A DNA stretch of 64,000 nucleotides. It comes from Octopus bimaculoides. Taxonomy: Eukaryota. Shown in pieces: positions 1-11,696 of this stretch (the first letter of the stretch is position 1; every line of letters begins with the position of its first letter). Below the pieces are notes generated by a model, which was not told the origin of the DNA, did not search any database, and saw nothing but the letters and a program-made list of their open reading frames with translations. Both the position numbers and the translations under genes were made by a program. The stretch lies in assembly GCF_001194135.2 (NCBI RefSeq), contig NC_068986.1, positions 359,859 through 423,858 of the forward strand. The letters run 5' to 3'.

Positions 1-309
1 CCGCAGTAGTGGCTCGAGAGTCAACACGTACAGAAGCGACGAGATGGGGCATCCCTGACGGACCGAACGTGCAATGTCGAAGGGTCTTGATAGATGCCCA
101 TTGACGCGAACTACCGAACGGATGCCTCTGTACAAGGCAGCCATCCAGCCGCGGAAAATGGGACCGAAGCCGGCTGCTATGAGGACAGCCTCCAAGTATT
201 GATGGTCTACCCTATCGAAAGCTTTCGATTGATCTAAATTGATCAGGGCCCCACCCATGCCAGGTTCCTTAACTACCCTCTCTATGATGTAGCGCATCAG
301 ATGGAGGTT
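1..309 (-). mobile_element. Tx1/L1-clade non-LTR retrotransposon reverse-transcriptase fragment, 5'-truncated, runs off the window start
   Basis: Manual translation of 309->1 gives 103 codons with no stop: NLHLMRYIIERVVKEPGMGGALINLDQSKAFDRVDHQYLEAVLIAAGFGPIFRGWMAALYRGIRSVVRVNGHLSRPFDIARSVRQGCPISSLLYVLTLEPLLR. LDxxKAFDRV and RQGCPxS are L1/Tx1 RT motifs. GC-rich relative to the flanks. Absent from the ORF track. Confidence 0.9.
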
Positions 310-1029
310 AGATAGATAGATAGATGCATACATACATACATAGACAAATAATATACGCACACAAATATATATACACACACTTACGTGCGTACATACCTAC
401 CTACCTACCTACCTACCTACCTCCATACATACATACATACATATAAAAGAGTAAATGTATCTTGAATATCGTGCAAGTTAGTTTCATGATTTATTGAAAT
501 TGCCTTCCTTCGAGAAGAGTAAACAAATGCTTAACAACTCCAAATGAGAAGGGGAGATAATGTCAGGAAAGGAGAAATCTTCGACATTGGCTTCTCATTA
601 AGGAAGGGGGAGAACGATTGTCTGCAGAGAAGAGGACAGCTACATCCGTATATAATTTTGTGTGTGTGTATGTGTATGTGCGTTTTTATGTAGGTATATG
701 TATTTATGTGTGCGTGTGTATATATATAAATGTATGTGTTTGTGCTTGTGTATATGTTTGTGTATATGTGTGTGCGCATGTATGCATGCATGTATCCACT
801 ATCATTTAATTAGTTTTAGAGTACACTTTGTGAGTGAAAGGACCTTGGTGACAAGACGAGCTTTGTAAAGTTTATGTGTATGTGGTTACCCCTACACGCA
901 AGTGCATGCGCACACGCATACATACACACACACATATATATAAAACTCACACACCGATGTATTTAATATATATATATATATAGAGAGAGAGATATATAGA
1001 TATAGACATCCGACTGCACCTCCTTCAAC

Positions 1030-2215
1030 AGCTCCACACGCAATCCCCCCACATCAAAGGAGGTTTATATGGGGATGACGCATTGGTAATTGCAACAGGC
1101 CCAGCAAAATCTACATTATAAAGAACTAGAAAACTCTTACATAAGTTCTTCGCCAACTTTAACCTACTTCTTTTGAAAACTTTTACAAGACAGCAAAGTT
1201 TCTAGGTGTTACACTAGATTTAAACTATTCACTTTGCTTCCCATATCATAAACCCAATGAACACGGACATAAACACTCACCACTAGATTTCCTCCCCAAC
1301 CCTTACAAACTAGAACAGCATGACACCTACTATTCTCTTTGAATCCCTTTCATCTTACTCTATTTTGTTTTTTAACGTTATCTTCTTTTACCTCTTCCTC
1401 CCTCGTTATTAACCCTTATATATTTATTTATTTATCTTGTTTATTTTGTACATTATATTTTGATATACCTTATTTTATCCCTCACACCAATCCTTGCTTT
1501 CCACCTCCAATTTCTGCTCCTCCTCCTTCCTTTTTTCTATTTATATATTCATTTATTTTTCTTTCTCTTTATCTCTTAATAGCCACCTCCGNNNNNNNNN
1601 NNNNNNNNNNNNNNNNNNNNNNNNNNNNNNNNNNNNNNNNNNNNNNNNNNNNNNNNNNNNNNNNNNNNNNNNNNNNNNNNNNNNNNNNNNNNNNNNNNNN
1701 NNNNNNNNNNNNNNNNNNNNNNNNNNNNNNNNNNNNNNNNNNNNNNNNNNNNNNNNNNNNNNNNNNNNNNNNNNNNNNNNNNNNNNNNNATTTATATATT
1801 CATTTATTTTTCTTTCTCTTTATCTCTTAATAGCCACCTCCGCTACCATTCTCTTACAAAACTTCGATACGTTCGCATTTATCTCTAAATATTTACACTA
1901 TTGAGGCTATAACCATACAAGGATTTACACGGGATTGCACTTAAGGACTTATGGTCTAACATCTACACTATCGGAAAGTTGAACTTTTATGCCTCTTTTT
2001 TCTTTTTTTCTTCATTTCTTTAATCGTTTTCTCCTGTCTTCTATGTCATCGTTTCATTAATCTATACCCTTCACAGTTTCCCTATTTGTCTCCGATGACG
2101 GAATATCCCATACTTTGAGATATCTCAGAAACAGCTGTAAGACTTTGCTTTTTATCCATTTCGGATCTATTCAATTTGACGTACAGATTATTTAATTAAT
2201 TTTTTTTTTAACTAA
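1030..2215 (+). mobile_element. Degenerate Penelope-like element (RT remnant to 3' end), interrupted by a gap
   Basis: Frameshifted translations: GLYGDDALVI (1062-1091, YxDD catalytic motif), RKLLHKFFANFNL, FLGVTLDLN (1199-1225) and PYHKPNE (1241-1261), matching PLE RT motifs GLYRDD..FLDVTLDL..PYxKPN. An HHR-like motif lies at 2088-2143. Boundaries approximate. Confidence 0.6.
2088..2143 (+). ncRNA. Hammerhead-ribozyme-like motif (minimal type I, core variant CCGAUGA)
   Basis: GTCT(2088-91)-CCGATGA(2092-98)-stem II ATATC/GATAT-GAAA(2128-31)-palindrome ACAGCTGT-A-AGAC(2140-43). Stem I GTCT/AGAC. U4C change and imperfect stem II. Confidence 0.5.
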
Positions 2216-2609
2216 ACACTTTGAAACTTCCGATACTGGTACAATGTGTCTCATACAACAGGCTTTACTCTTAACGTTTTTTGACAAAATTTTGTATTTT
2301 AGAAGTTATTTCGTCACAAGTTACAGAGTGACAATGGACAAATTCGTGTTCTGTTCGATAAGTGCCAATACACGAAACTCTCCGCTTTTGAATTACTCTC
2401 TAACTTCTGCCGATGATATATATGCATATTATACATATATGTGTAAACAAATCTCATCACGCAATCAAACCAATGAAAGAGCCTCTACCTGGTCGCTCGA
2501 TACGCTAAAAATAGCAGCGAATGTATACACTACCCTGTATTTTATAAAGTAAAATCCTAAATTATTGACACATTATTAATTATAACAGCAATGCCTAGAA
2601 AAGTCATGG

Positions 2610-3127
2610 ATTACATAGAAAAATGCGAGCATGAAAAGTAATATTCTTAAGGTTATAAACCTGGAAAAGTACAGGAAAGTTATTACACCTGTAAAAGTAT
2701 AGGACAAGCTATTACTTCTAGTAAAGTAAAGAATAAGAAACTTTTTACTTAAAATATTGCAGCTAAAATTAAAATTTGAATATTAAAAATTATTTTATTA
2801 TAGTTTGCAAATAACATTATACATGTTTAAGTAGAATTTGGCTAATTTACTACCTTAAATACAGAATAAAGTAACTAATTAAGCAAACTTACAAATTAAC
2901 TGGACAGTTTTATACAATAAATTTAGAAGATGAGAACTGTAAAGACTGATAAATTAGAAGAACTGGCATTCTTTGTTGCAATATTCTAAGTAAAAAGTTT
3001 CTTATTCTTTACTTTACTTGAAGTAATAGCTTGTCCTATACTTTTCCAGGTGTAATAACTTGTCTTGCACTTTTCCAGGTTTATAATCGTAAGAATATTA
3101 CTTTTTATGCTCGCATTTTTCCATGTA

Positions 3128-3129
<2 letters not shown>
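2610..3129. mobile_element. Foldback/MITE-like element with ~152-bp inverted arms and a ~215-bp AT-rich spacer
   Basis: 2610-2761 (ATTACATAGAAAAATGCGAGC...CTTTTTACTTAAAATATTGCA) is the near reverse complement of 2977-3129 (TGCAATATTCTAAGTAAAAAG...GCTCGCATTTTTCCATGTAAT). The arms contain CCTGGAAAAGTA-like subrepeats. Confidence 0.85.
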
Positions 3130-3160
<31 letters not shown>

Positions 3161-4389
3161 TGTATGTATGTATGTATGTATACATGTATGTATGTGTATT
3201 TATATATACATATATGCATATATTCATCTTTGTGTGCACGTGATTTTGCCTATGCGTGCGTATTTGTAACATACAAGCTAAATATCTGGAATATTTTACT
3301 CTTGCTAAAAATTTAATAGTTCCATTAATGATATGTAATTGTAATTTTTGGAATTAGTCATGTAATCAGTCATGTACGTCCAGCCTCTCAGCATTGTATG
3401 TATGTATGTATGTATGTATGAACGAATGCACATGACTTTATGTATGCATATGTGGCTATATATATACATATACATACATGAATATATACATGTTTATATG
3501 GCTATATTCATCTATATATTTGTGTATCCTATATGTATTGAATATTAGCATTTATCCTGACGTTATAAATTATATTTTAATTCATTATCAAACTGAACAG
3601 AGAAAATTTGTAAGTTTTTAAAGCGAAGACAGTGTTTGCTAATGAAAATATTTGAGGAACATAAATCACTTTAAATAATAAGTGCACAGATGAGAGAAAA
3701 TAACTGTAATATTTATCTTGACATAAGATTCTACTTTCAAATTGCAACTCATTACTGTGTTCCATTTAACTTCTCTTATATTCCCCAGGTGTTATAAATA
3801 ATATATATCGATTTATGTGACTGTAAAAACAAGTCAGTTACTTCATTCTTTTATATACAACATCATCAGAATTGTTTGAATCTAAGAAGATCCATCAGAA
3901 TAAACATTGAATTAACATATGGAATGTGAGAGTTTCCCATTTCAACATATTTGGCAAAGTTATTAACGATCTTTAATTTGCAATTAAATATTTAAATATA
4001 AATGTAAATTTATTCGTTAATATTTAATTTATGATTCGTTAAAACAATAACATTTTTAACATGTTGATTTAATCAAACATCTTCCTAGATTTTAGGGTTA
4101 ATTCGTTATTGAGTATTTAGGGATTTTTCCCTGCCAAGCTGCTGGCTCAAATTTACCTGATTTGACTAAAATATGATATTATATTTCATTTAAACTAATA
4201 TATTATATATCATTTAAGGAATTTTCTAAGTCTTTAATGCGGAATAATGCTTCCATTATTTAAAAATGTCAAATAATTATTTCAAATATACAACATAGTT
4301 GCGTTTGTTAGTGCTACATCTTTAATAGTAATATTTCACAAATTCCTGACCCAGGTTAAACCAATCTAATACACTGATGTTTGACAACA

Positions 4390-5190
4390 CACTACTGTGT
4401 GTCCCATTCTCAAAAGGGGCAACTTCTCTACCCTTGCCAACTGTCCTATCATGCCTTTTCTAACATTGTCAAATGTAAGCTGACATCCATTAGTCACATC
4501 TACAACAGCTCTTCCTATTTAATGATCGCCAGTACAGCAAAGCCATATTTACTGGTGTCATAATCTATCTCATGTCACTAAATGATGTGTCATTGGCCTC
4601 GTCACAATTCGTGTACCTGGCATTAGCAATGCACTCAGTTGTGTTTGACATGTTAATTTCTAACTACACAGCCCATCATATGGTTTCTGTCCGATGACTG
4701 GTGTTCACTGATGGATCTCTCATTGACCAACATCCAATGAACATTGATATGCCTCAACTTCTATTATTCGTCATTCCTCCCCAACAACTACTCCTACAAT
4801 GCATATGATACGAACCCCTAACTCCTTTATAATGTTTCTCAGCCAAGCGTTACCCACGTGCAACCAAGACACCTCACACCAAATCTGCACGGATTCCATA
4901 AACACCGACCTTCAAAATAGCCCCAAGATGTGTTCTTACTTTCTTGTGGTTCTTTCACTACGGTTACGATGGCCACTGATTTCAGGAATTAGCATAGGTC
5001 GTGCCATTCCACTCGAGTTTATCCTATTTACTCGTCTCTCCTTCTTCTAATATTGTCACCCATATTGTGTCCACTACCCACAGTCAAACCCCACACTAAC
5101 CACTACACTTATTAGTCTTTCTCAGAAATATCCACTCTATTAATGTTCTGGGCCAGATTAAAATCCACAGTGGAGCTAAGCACTTAAAGG
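4390..5190 (+). pseudogene. Highly degenerate CR1/L2-like LINE RT remnant
   Basis: Fragmentary translations in RT motif order: VCPILKRGN (cf. VxPIxKKG), DRQY (DRQYGFR), VPGISNALSCV*H (VALDISKAFDRVWH), DMPQ (GVPQG), YNAYDT (YADDT), DSINTDLQN. Many stops and frameshifts. Confidence 0.5.
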
Positions 5191-6971
5191 ATTTTCATGC
5201 ATCCATATATAAGTAATTCCGAGTGTAAGCAATAATAAACCTTAAAATAGATTTTTATTTTTCAAAATCAACCAACACTAACCGTAAGATGGAAAATAAT
5301 GTTTATTTTTGTAAACTTCTACCTTATATTTTAAACGTTTTCTTCTACTTTTATTTAATTGCAATGTCTTTGATCAGATCCTTACTATAGCACCATGAAC
5401 ACTTCGAAATTATATTTCCGATCATATAAATCACTTCGAATATTATCTTAACAAGTTTAAAGTGGTTTCTTTTGTGCCGTAAACCATTTACCATTTCTGT
5501 AATGCCCTGCTTCCTTTGATGCCCTGACCACTTGCTTCTTTTGCTTAATGGTTAAAAACAGCGCTGCTCATGTTTATCCCGCAGTCGCCGAATCTCATTT
5601 GTTTAGAAACACCAACCACATCTATCTCATGAGAAAGCCATAAGAAAGACATCTTTCATCAGACCAAGTCATTAAATAAGCATACAGAAATATATTTCAA
5701 TCCTGTTTATATATGGAATATTTACCATCTTAAACTTTGTAAACTAGCATCAATGACAGGTAGAACACCATACCAAACAGTTCGAGAATTCATTATATTT
5801 TCTCTCTCATGTGTCTTTCTAAACTGACAAGACGATATTCCATTTGTGAAAAGACAGTCGCTGCTGGAAAGTAATATAAGATATTGTTTCATGTAAAATA
5901 TCTTGCAATATCATAGCGTTGATTAAATACTATTAAGACTTGTTCAATCCATACCAAAGTACTTGTGATTGCCCGTTTAATATCTCAAGATATATCAACA
6001 TTCTATAAACGACTCATAACTTGATTTTCTCCTATCTCAGTCAAATTTCTTGTATTTTCAGGGTTTTTTTGTTTTGTCTTTCTATACAATCTCTTCTTTT
6101 TCTTCCGCCTTTCTTTCCTTCTTACTTTGCTCTTTGTTTGCTTTCCACTGTCACTTCTTATCTTCCACCTTCCCCTTCTTCATCACACTCCTCTTTGTTA
6201 TACAATTCATCAATCCCGTTCGATTCTCTTAATGGTGTTTTTCAATTTGCCCCTCTTTTTTCTTTTTCTTTTCTTGCGCTCTGACCTTTCTCCAAATATA
6301 TCGAGATATTTTTTCTCTCAATGAAGATAGATATCTTGCATTTCATCTTGCTTTACTCCGTTTATATAATTTTTTCTTTGGCATTTTCTTTCTAACATTT
6401 TTATTCTTCCAGTTTAGTGTCATCATCTTTTCACCTTGAACTTCCTTCTTTCATTCATGATAAGATTAACTTTCACATTATCCCCTCTCTTACTTACACA
6501 TATCACTTACCTTATTATCATTCTTTCCCTTCCTATTTTGATATTATATTTCTTCAATACACTCCACAAGTGAATTCGGAATTACTTCCACTATAGCAAT
6601 GATTTTTACTGTTTGCAGAAAAAAAAATCGTTAATCAATACAGGTTTATGGTTCTACAATTGCTTATACTGTAACAGTTGAAGTTTCGTATACATCATAC
6701 ACACACACACATAGAACCAAGATCATATATAGTTACATATTCATGTGTATGACGGCATGCTACAGGTATTCATAATTTTATTTTATTGATTATTTAGACT
6801 AAAGATGCTATTTTTCTCTCTTTTTGACAACTGAATTATTTTTTATTCGTCATTTATTTCTAAGTTAATAAATTTGTTGCATATTCTTGAACGCATACAA
6901 AAAGTATTCGCAGAAATATTCGGGAAAAAATCCACATATACGCATGCACACAGGCACACACACACACACAG

Positions 6972-7003
<32 letters not shown>

Positions 7004-7351
7004 NNNNNNNNNNNNNNNNNNNNNNNNNNNNNNNNNNNNNNNNNNNNNNNNNNNNNNNNNNNNNNNNNNNNNNNNNNNNNNNNNNNNNNNNNNNNNNNNN
7101 NNNNNNNNNNNNNNNNNNNNNNNNNNNNNNNNNNNNNNNNNNNNNNNNNNNNNNTTACCGTTGACATAGTAAAGTAACCCCCTGTTTAGTATTCGCAACG
7201 ACCTTCTCCTAAAATCAGCATCCACTCCCTATCTAACCCCTTCTCCTTATCTTTATTCTCACCAACTTTAGACAATCGCCCACTCCCACATATTTGACCT
7301 CTTCCTTCAATTCTCTTACCGGCAATTTTATTTCATCATGCAATTGTCTTT

Positions 7352-7800
7352 TTAATTACCTCCGCCTTAGCGAAGGTGGAGGTATTATTTACAGTCGCGT
7401 TTGTTTGTTTGTTTATTTGTCTGTGAACAAGATATCTCAAGAACCGCGGGATGGATTCAGATGAAACTTTCAGGGATGTTTGGACTTGTGACTAACACAA
7501 ACTGATTAGATTAGATTTTGGGATCGATCCGCTATCGAACAAAGATTCTGGATTATTTGATGCATTTACTTTATATGATTACGATCTTACGTTAACCTTC
7601 AAGTCTTTCTCAATTATGTCTCTTTAGGCTGTCACTATTTTAAATGGCGAATTTGTTAACTTTGGCTTGTATTAGATAAGTATAAACTATTTATTACGGT
7701 TACTAAATTTTCTACAGCCATCTTCACATTCCATGACTGACATTGGGATCGATCACGTACCGGGCAAGGATTCTGAATTATTTTTCGGTTTTTGTTTACT
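7352..7800 (+). mobile_element. Helentron-associated (HINE/DINE-1-like) non-autonomous element, probable
   Basis: T-rich start, then a subterminal hairpin CCTCCGCCTT-AGCG-AAGGTGGAGG (7359-7382), a (TTTG)n tract and the core CTGTGAACAAGATATCTCAAGAA..GGATTCAGATGAAACTT. An internal diverged repeat GGGATCGATC..GATTCTG.ATTATTT occurs at ~7520 and ~7745. The architecture matches HINE-type elements; family assignment is inference. Confidence 0.5.
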
Positions 7801-7886
7801 TAAGTTTTGAGAGTGAGATTGAACCCGGACCCATGTGGCTGCGAAGGAAACTTCTTATCAAACAACCACACTATATACAGAATATG

Positions 7887-7927
<41 letters not shown>

Positions 7928-7996
7928 TATACATACGCACACATACATACAGACAGACAGCCGACATAGATAGATAGATAGATAGTTAATTATACG

Positions 7997-8150
7997 CGCA
8001 GGCGTACCTCTATGATAAGCAGATTGATTCACAACCACATGGTTTCAAGTTCAGTCCAACAGCGTGGCACCTGGACAAGTGTTTGCTACTATAGCCTCGG
8101 GCTGACCAAAGCCCTGTGAGTGGATTTGGTAGAAGGAAACTAAGAAAATC
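7997..8150 (+). mobile_element. tRNA-derived SINE family A, 5' half
   Basis: Head plus GTGGCACCTGGACAAGTGTTTGCTACTATAGCCTCGGGCTGACCAAAGCCCTGTGAGTGGATTTGGTAGAAGGAAAC, matching the copies at 12850 and 34969. A head fragment also lies on the minus strand at ~7815-7872. Confidence 0.8.
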
Positions 8151-9369
8151 TTGTGTGTGTGTGTGTGTGTGTGTAGTTTAATTCATTTCACATTGTTCAA
8201 GTCTACTCAGTCAAAAGTGAGTATTCTCTATCCAGATGCTAGTACCTTTTGCATACATATATTCTTGTTTGTGTGTGTGTGTGCGTGTGTGTGTGTGCGC
8301 GCGCGCTTGTTTGTTGATGTATCTGACATCAGTGTTGGATGCTTATGCACATGTAAAGAGATATTTATATACCAAAGCACACTCACGTGTGCACTATAAT
8401 TTAATATAATATGATATATTATACAATATAACAATACAATGTGGATATTTGTAGCTTAGGGATGTGTATTGATGCAAGTATAGATTGCTCAGAATATTCA
8501 TTCAAATATTGCGATATCGAACTATTGATCACCGTTTCAATTATCGTAAGAGTTGTTGAACCAGTTATTCATTCCAGGAGGTGGAGATGAGTCAGTTGGT
8601 TGCCTTATTTCATGACGAAATATCGGAGAAAGACCCAAATATCAAGTTAACCCCCCAAATGGTTAATTAGCTTCCGGTCATTGACCAACATAATCCAACA
8701 ATTGGTTCATGTATGTGCTTTCACAGTACAACTAGTAGGCAGACTTACCAGTCTTTTTATCACGCATCATCCACATTGTATTCTTTAACTCAGTACTAAA
8801 CACTTTTCCCAATCTCCCTTTTTACAATGCCATACCTCTAAAATTCTCTCTAACCCAAATATTTTACTGCGTCCATCAAACGGTAGCTTTTCAACCGCGT
8901 TGATCTCAGTGGTCTCAAAAATTCTATGAAATCTATGGCCAAAGTCCAGCCGTGTAAACTAAATCAAAGCTTTTAAAAAGAGGAAATAAAATAAATTCTT
9001 GCCGTGCAAAATAGTAAGCGGATTCTCACTTTGACAGAGTATAGTAGAAACAGTCATCCGTCCAGGAATTCCTGGTGATGACTAACTCTACACGGTTTTG
9101 TCTGTTATAGCAAGTTTGAATTGTGTTGTGTGTAATTATATGCCGACCCATGAACTCAGTACAGTGTTGTGTCTATGCTAGACTATCAACAAAGAATATT
9201 TGGACTGGTCACCCGTTTTTAATTTTCAATCAGCTTTTAAGGAAGGGGTAGTTAATTGCATACCAAATTTTAATTACTTCTGAAAGGACCAATATTGTCA
9301 CAAAGTGAGTTCCATACATCTTTCGTAACACAATACAGTTTTGCTTACTGCTTTGAAATGACTGCGTGT

Positions 9370-9702
9370 AATTATTTTAACTTCATCCCACAGGGGGAGG
9401 TGGTTTCCATTTTTCCATGCATGATCAGCTATACCCGATTTATCAATATCTCCTCGTGTCACAGCTTTGCGATGTTCTTCTACCCTTATTTTGAGGGGGC
9501 GACATGTTTCGCCTTCGTATAACCTACCACAGCTGCATGGGATGGAGTACACGCAGTTTTTGGTCATATTCTCTTCTGTTGATGGTTTTACCCGAAGGAG
9601 ATATTTGCGAAGTGTTGTATTGCTCTTGAATACTGCCCTGATGTCATATGGGCCGCATATCTTTTGTATCTTTTCGGAGAGGCCTTTCATATAGGGTAGA
9701 CA
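9370..9702 (-). mobile_element. Penelope-like element GIY-YIG endonuclease fragment
   Basis: CLPYMKGLSEKIQKIC...KNCVYSIPCSCGRLYEGETCRPLKIRVEEHRKAVTRGDIDKSGIADHAWKNGNHLPLWDEVKII is a typical Penelope/Poseidon EN (VYxIPCxC..YxGET..R..EH..S.IA.H). Homology stops abruptly after KII; the left side of the gap is its other limit. Confidence 0.9.
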
Positions 9703-10628
9703 NNNNNNNNNNNNNNNNNNNNNNNNNNNNNNNNNNNNNNNNNNNNNNNNNNNNNNNNNNNNNNNNNNNNNNNNNNNNNNNNNNNNNNNNNNNNNNNNNN
9801 NNNNNNNNNNNNNNNNNNNNNNNNNNNNNNNNNNNNNNNNNNNNNNNNNNNNNNNNNNNNNNNNNNNNNNNNNNNNNNNNNNNNNNNNNNNNNNNNNNNN
9901 NNNNNNNNNNNNNNNNNNNNNNNNNNNNNNNNNNNNNNNNNNNNNNNNNNNNNNNNNNNNNNNNNNNNNNNNNNNNNNNNNNNNNNNNNNNNNNNNNNNN
10001 NNNNNNNNNNNNNNNNNNNNNNNNNNNNNNNNNNNNNNNNNNNNNNNNNNNNNNNNNNNNNNNNNNNNNNNNNNNNNNNNNNNNNNNNNNNNNNNNNNNN
10101 NNNNNNNNNNNNNNNNNNNNNNNNNNNNNNNNNNNNNNNNNNNNNNNNNNNNNNNNNNNNNNNNNNNNNNNNNNNNNNNNNNNNNNNNNNNNNNNNNNNN
10201 NNNNNNNNNNNNNNNNNNNNNNNNNNNNNNNNNNNNNNNNNNNNNNNNNNNNNNNNNNNNNNNNNNNNNNNNNNNNNNNNNNNNNNNNNNNNNNNNNNNN
10301 NNNNNNNNNNNNNNNNNNNNNNNNNNNNNNNNNNNNNNNNNNNNNNNNNNNNNNNNNNNNNNNNNNNNNNNNNNNNNNNNNNNNNNNNNNNNNNNNNNNN
10401 NNNNNNNNNNNNNNNNNNNNNNNNNNNNNNNNNNNNNNNNNNNNNNNNNNNNNNNNNNNNNNNNNNNNNNNNNNNNNNNNNNNNNNNNNNNNNNNNNNNN
10501 NNNNNNNNNNNNNNNNNNNNNNNNNNNNNNNNNNNNNNNNNNNNNNNNNNNNNNNNNNNNNNNNNNNNNNNNNNNNNNNNNNNNNNNNNNNNNNNNNNNN
10601 NNNNNNNNNNNNNNNNNNNNNNNNNNNN

Positions 10629-10852
10629 GATTCACGGCAGCGACCTGATTAATAATAGTAATGATAATAATAATATAATAATAGTAACATCGTTAGGAAA
10701 GAGAACCCAGGTTCGAAATTTCCCCAAAGACACCTGACGAAGGCTGGAGGGTATATCAGCTGAAACGTTGTGTTAACAACAAAAAGATGAGGACAAATAT
10801 CCGTCAAATGTAAATAATGTAAATAATTCCTCATCTCTTAAATATGGAACTG
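10629..10852 (+). mobile_element. PLE-type terminus (pseudo-LTR): end of tRNA-like segment, (AAT)n, hammerhead and terminal tail
   Basis: Same family as 39360-39560 (GAGAACCCAGGTTCGAAATTTCCCC..CTGANGAAGGCTGGAG.GTATATCAGC.GAAACGTTGTGTT..GATGAGGACAAATATCCGTCAAATGTAAATAATGT). Ends CCTCATCTCTTAAATATGGAACTG. Confidence 0.85.
10729..10774 (+). ncRNA. Minimal type I hammerhead ribozyme motif
   Basis: GACAC-CTGACGA(10734-40)-A-GGCTG[10 nt]CAGCT-GAAA(10762-65)-CGT-T-GTGTT. Stem I GACAC/GTGTT; stem III is the palindrome ACGT (dimer type). Confidence 0.7.
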
Positions 10853-11410
10853 CATTATCAAATATATCTCTTTTCAAGACAGTATGTGATTTGAATTGGG
10901 ATTTAGCGACTATCTCCAAAGAGTCTAGCGAATTAAATACCGGTCTGTTTTAATGTATATTCCGATCCGCCTCTCGGTAACTCAACAACTGTACAGTGTT
11001 TATCACATGTTTTTTTTTTTATAATTTATTAAATAGAGAATGAAGTCTGAGTCTGCATGAGTAGAAAAGAAAGTTATATCGTTCGTACCTCCTTCAACAA
11101 TATTCACAACAATAATAGTTACAACCTGGAGAAGACACTTGGTAGAGTTTCTAAATATCCAGCAGCTTAAAAGTACACACTAGCTATAGCCAGTGGTTAT
11201 TATAATGGATTCTGCCGATGTATGTAACTCAACTCACATAACACCGATAAGCTTTTAAACTGAATAACAAAAAAAAAATGAATAATTGCAATTTCTGAGC
11301 ATGCCCACAGCCTTTAGAGAGAGAGAGAGAGAGAGGGAGAGGGAGAGAGAGAGAGAGANNNNNNNNNNNNNNNNNNNNNNNNNNNNNNNNNNNNNNNNNN
11401 NNNNNNNNNN

Positions 11411-11696
11411 GAAACCTAAGTTTACGAATGCCCGTCATGAACAAATCGGTTTGCGAGCAATTTTTCGGACATGGGTGACGGACGGTGTCTCGAGTAACGA
11501 ACACGCCGAGAAACTGGTGCTCTCCTTCTGATACAGAAGGAGAGCACCAGTTTCTGTCAAGCTTACGCTAAGTGCACATACCTCGAATTTGCCATGCCTT
11601 CCCTTGAATTTCCTATGGGAGAAATATTTTCGGCTTACGTACATTTCAGGTTACGAATTCAGAAACCAATTAAATTTGTAAACTGAGGCTCCACTA
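11411..11696. mobile_element. Tc1/mariner (Tigger/pogo-like) MITE, left end inside the gap
   Basis: Left GAAACCTAAGTTTACGAA versus right TTGTAAACTGAGGCTCCACT: degenerate TIRs resembling CAGTGGAACCTCGGTTTACGAA. Internal perfect hairpin at 11509-11555. Confidence 0.55.

Noticed and set aside
8800-8940. RT-like peptide ALISVVSKFYE
   Set aside because: A single weak motif with no ordered neighbours.
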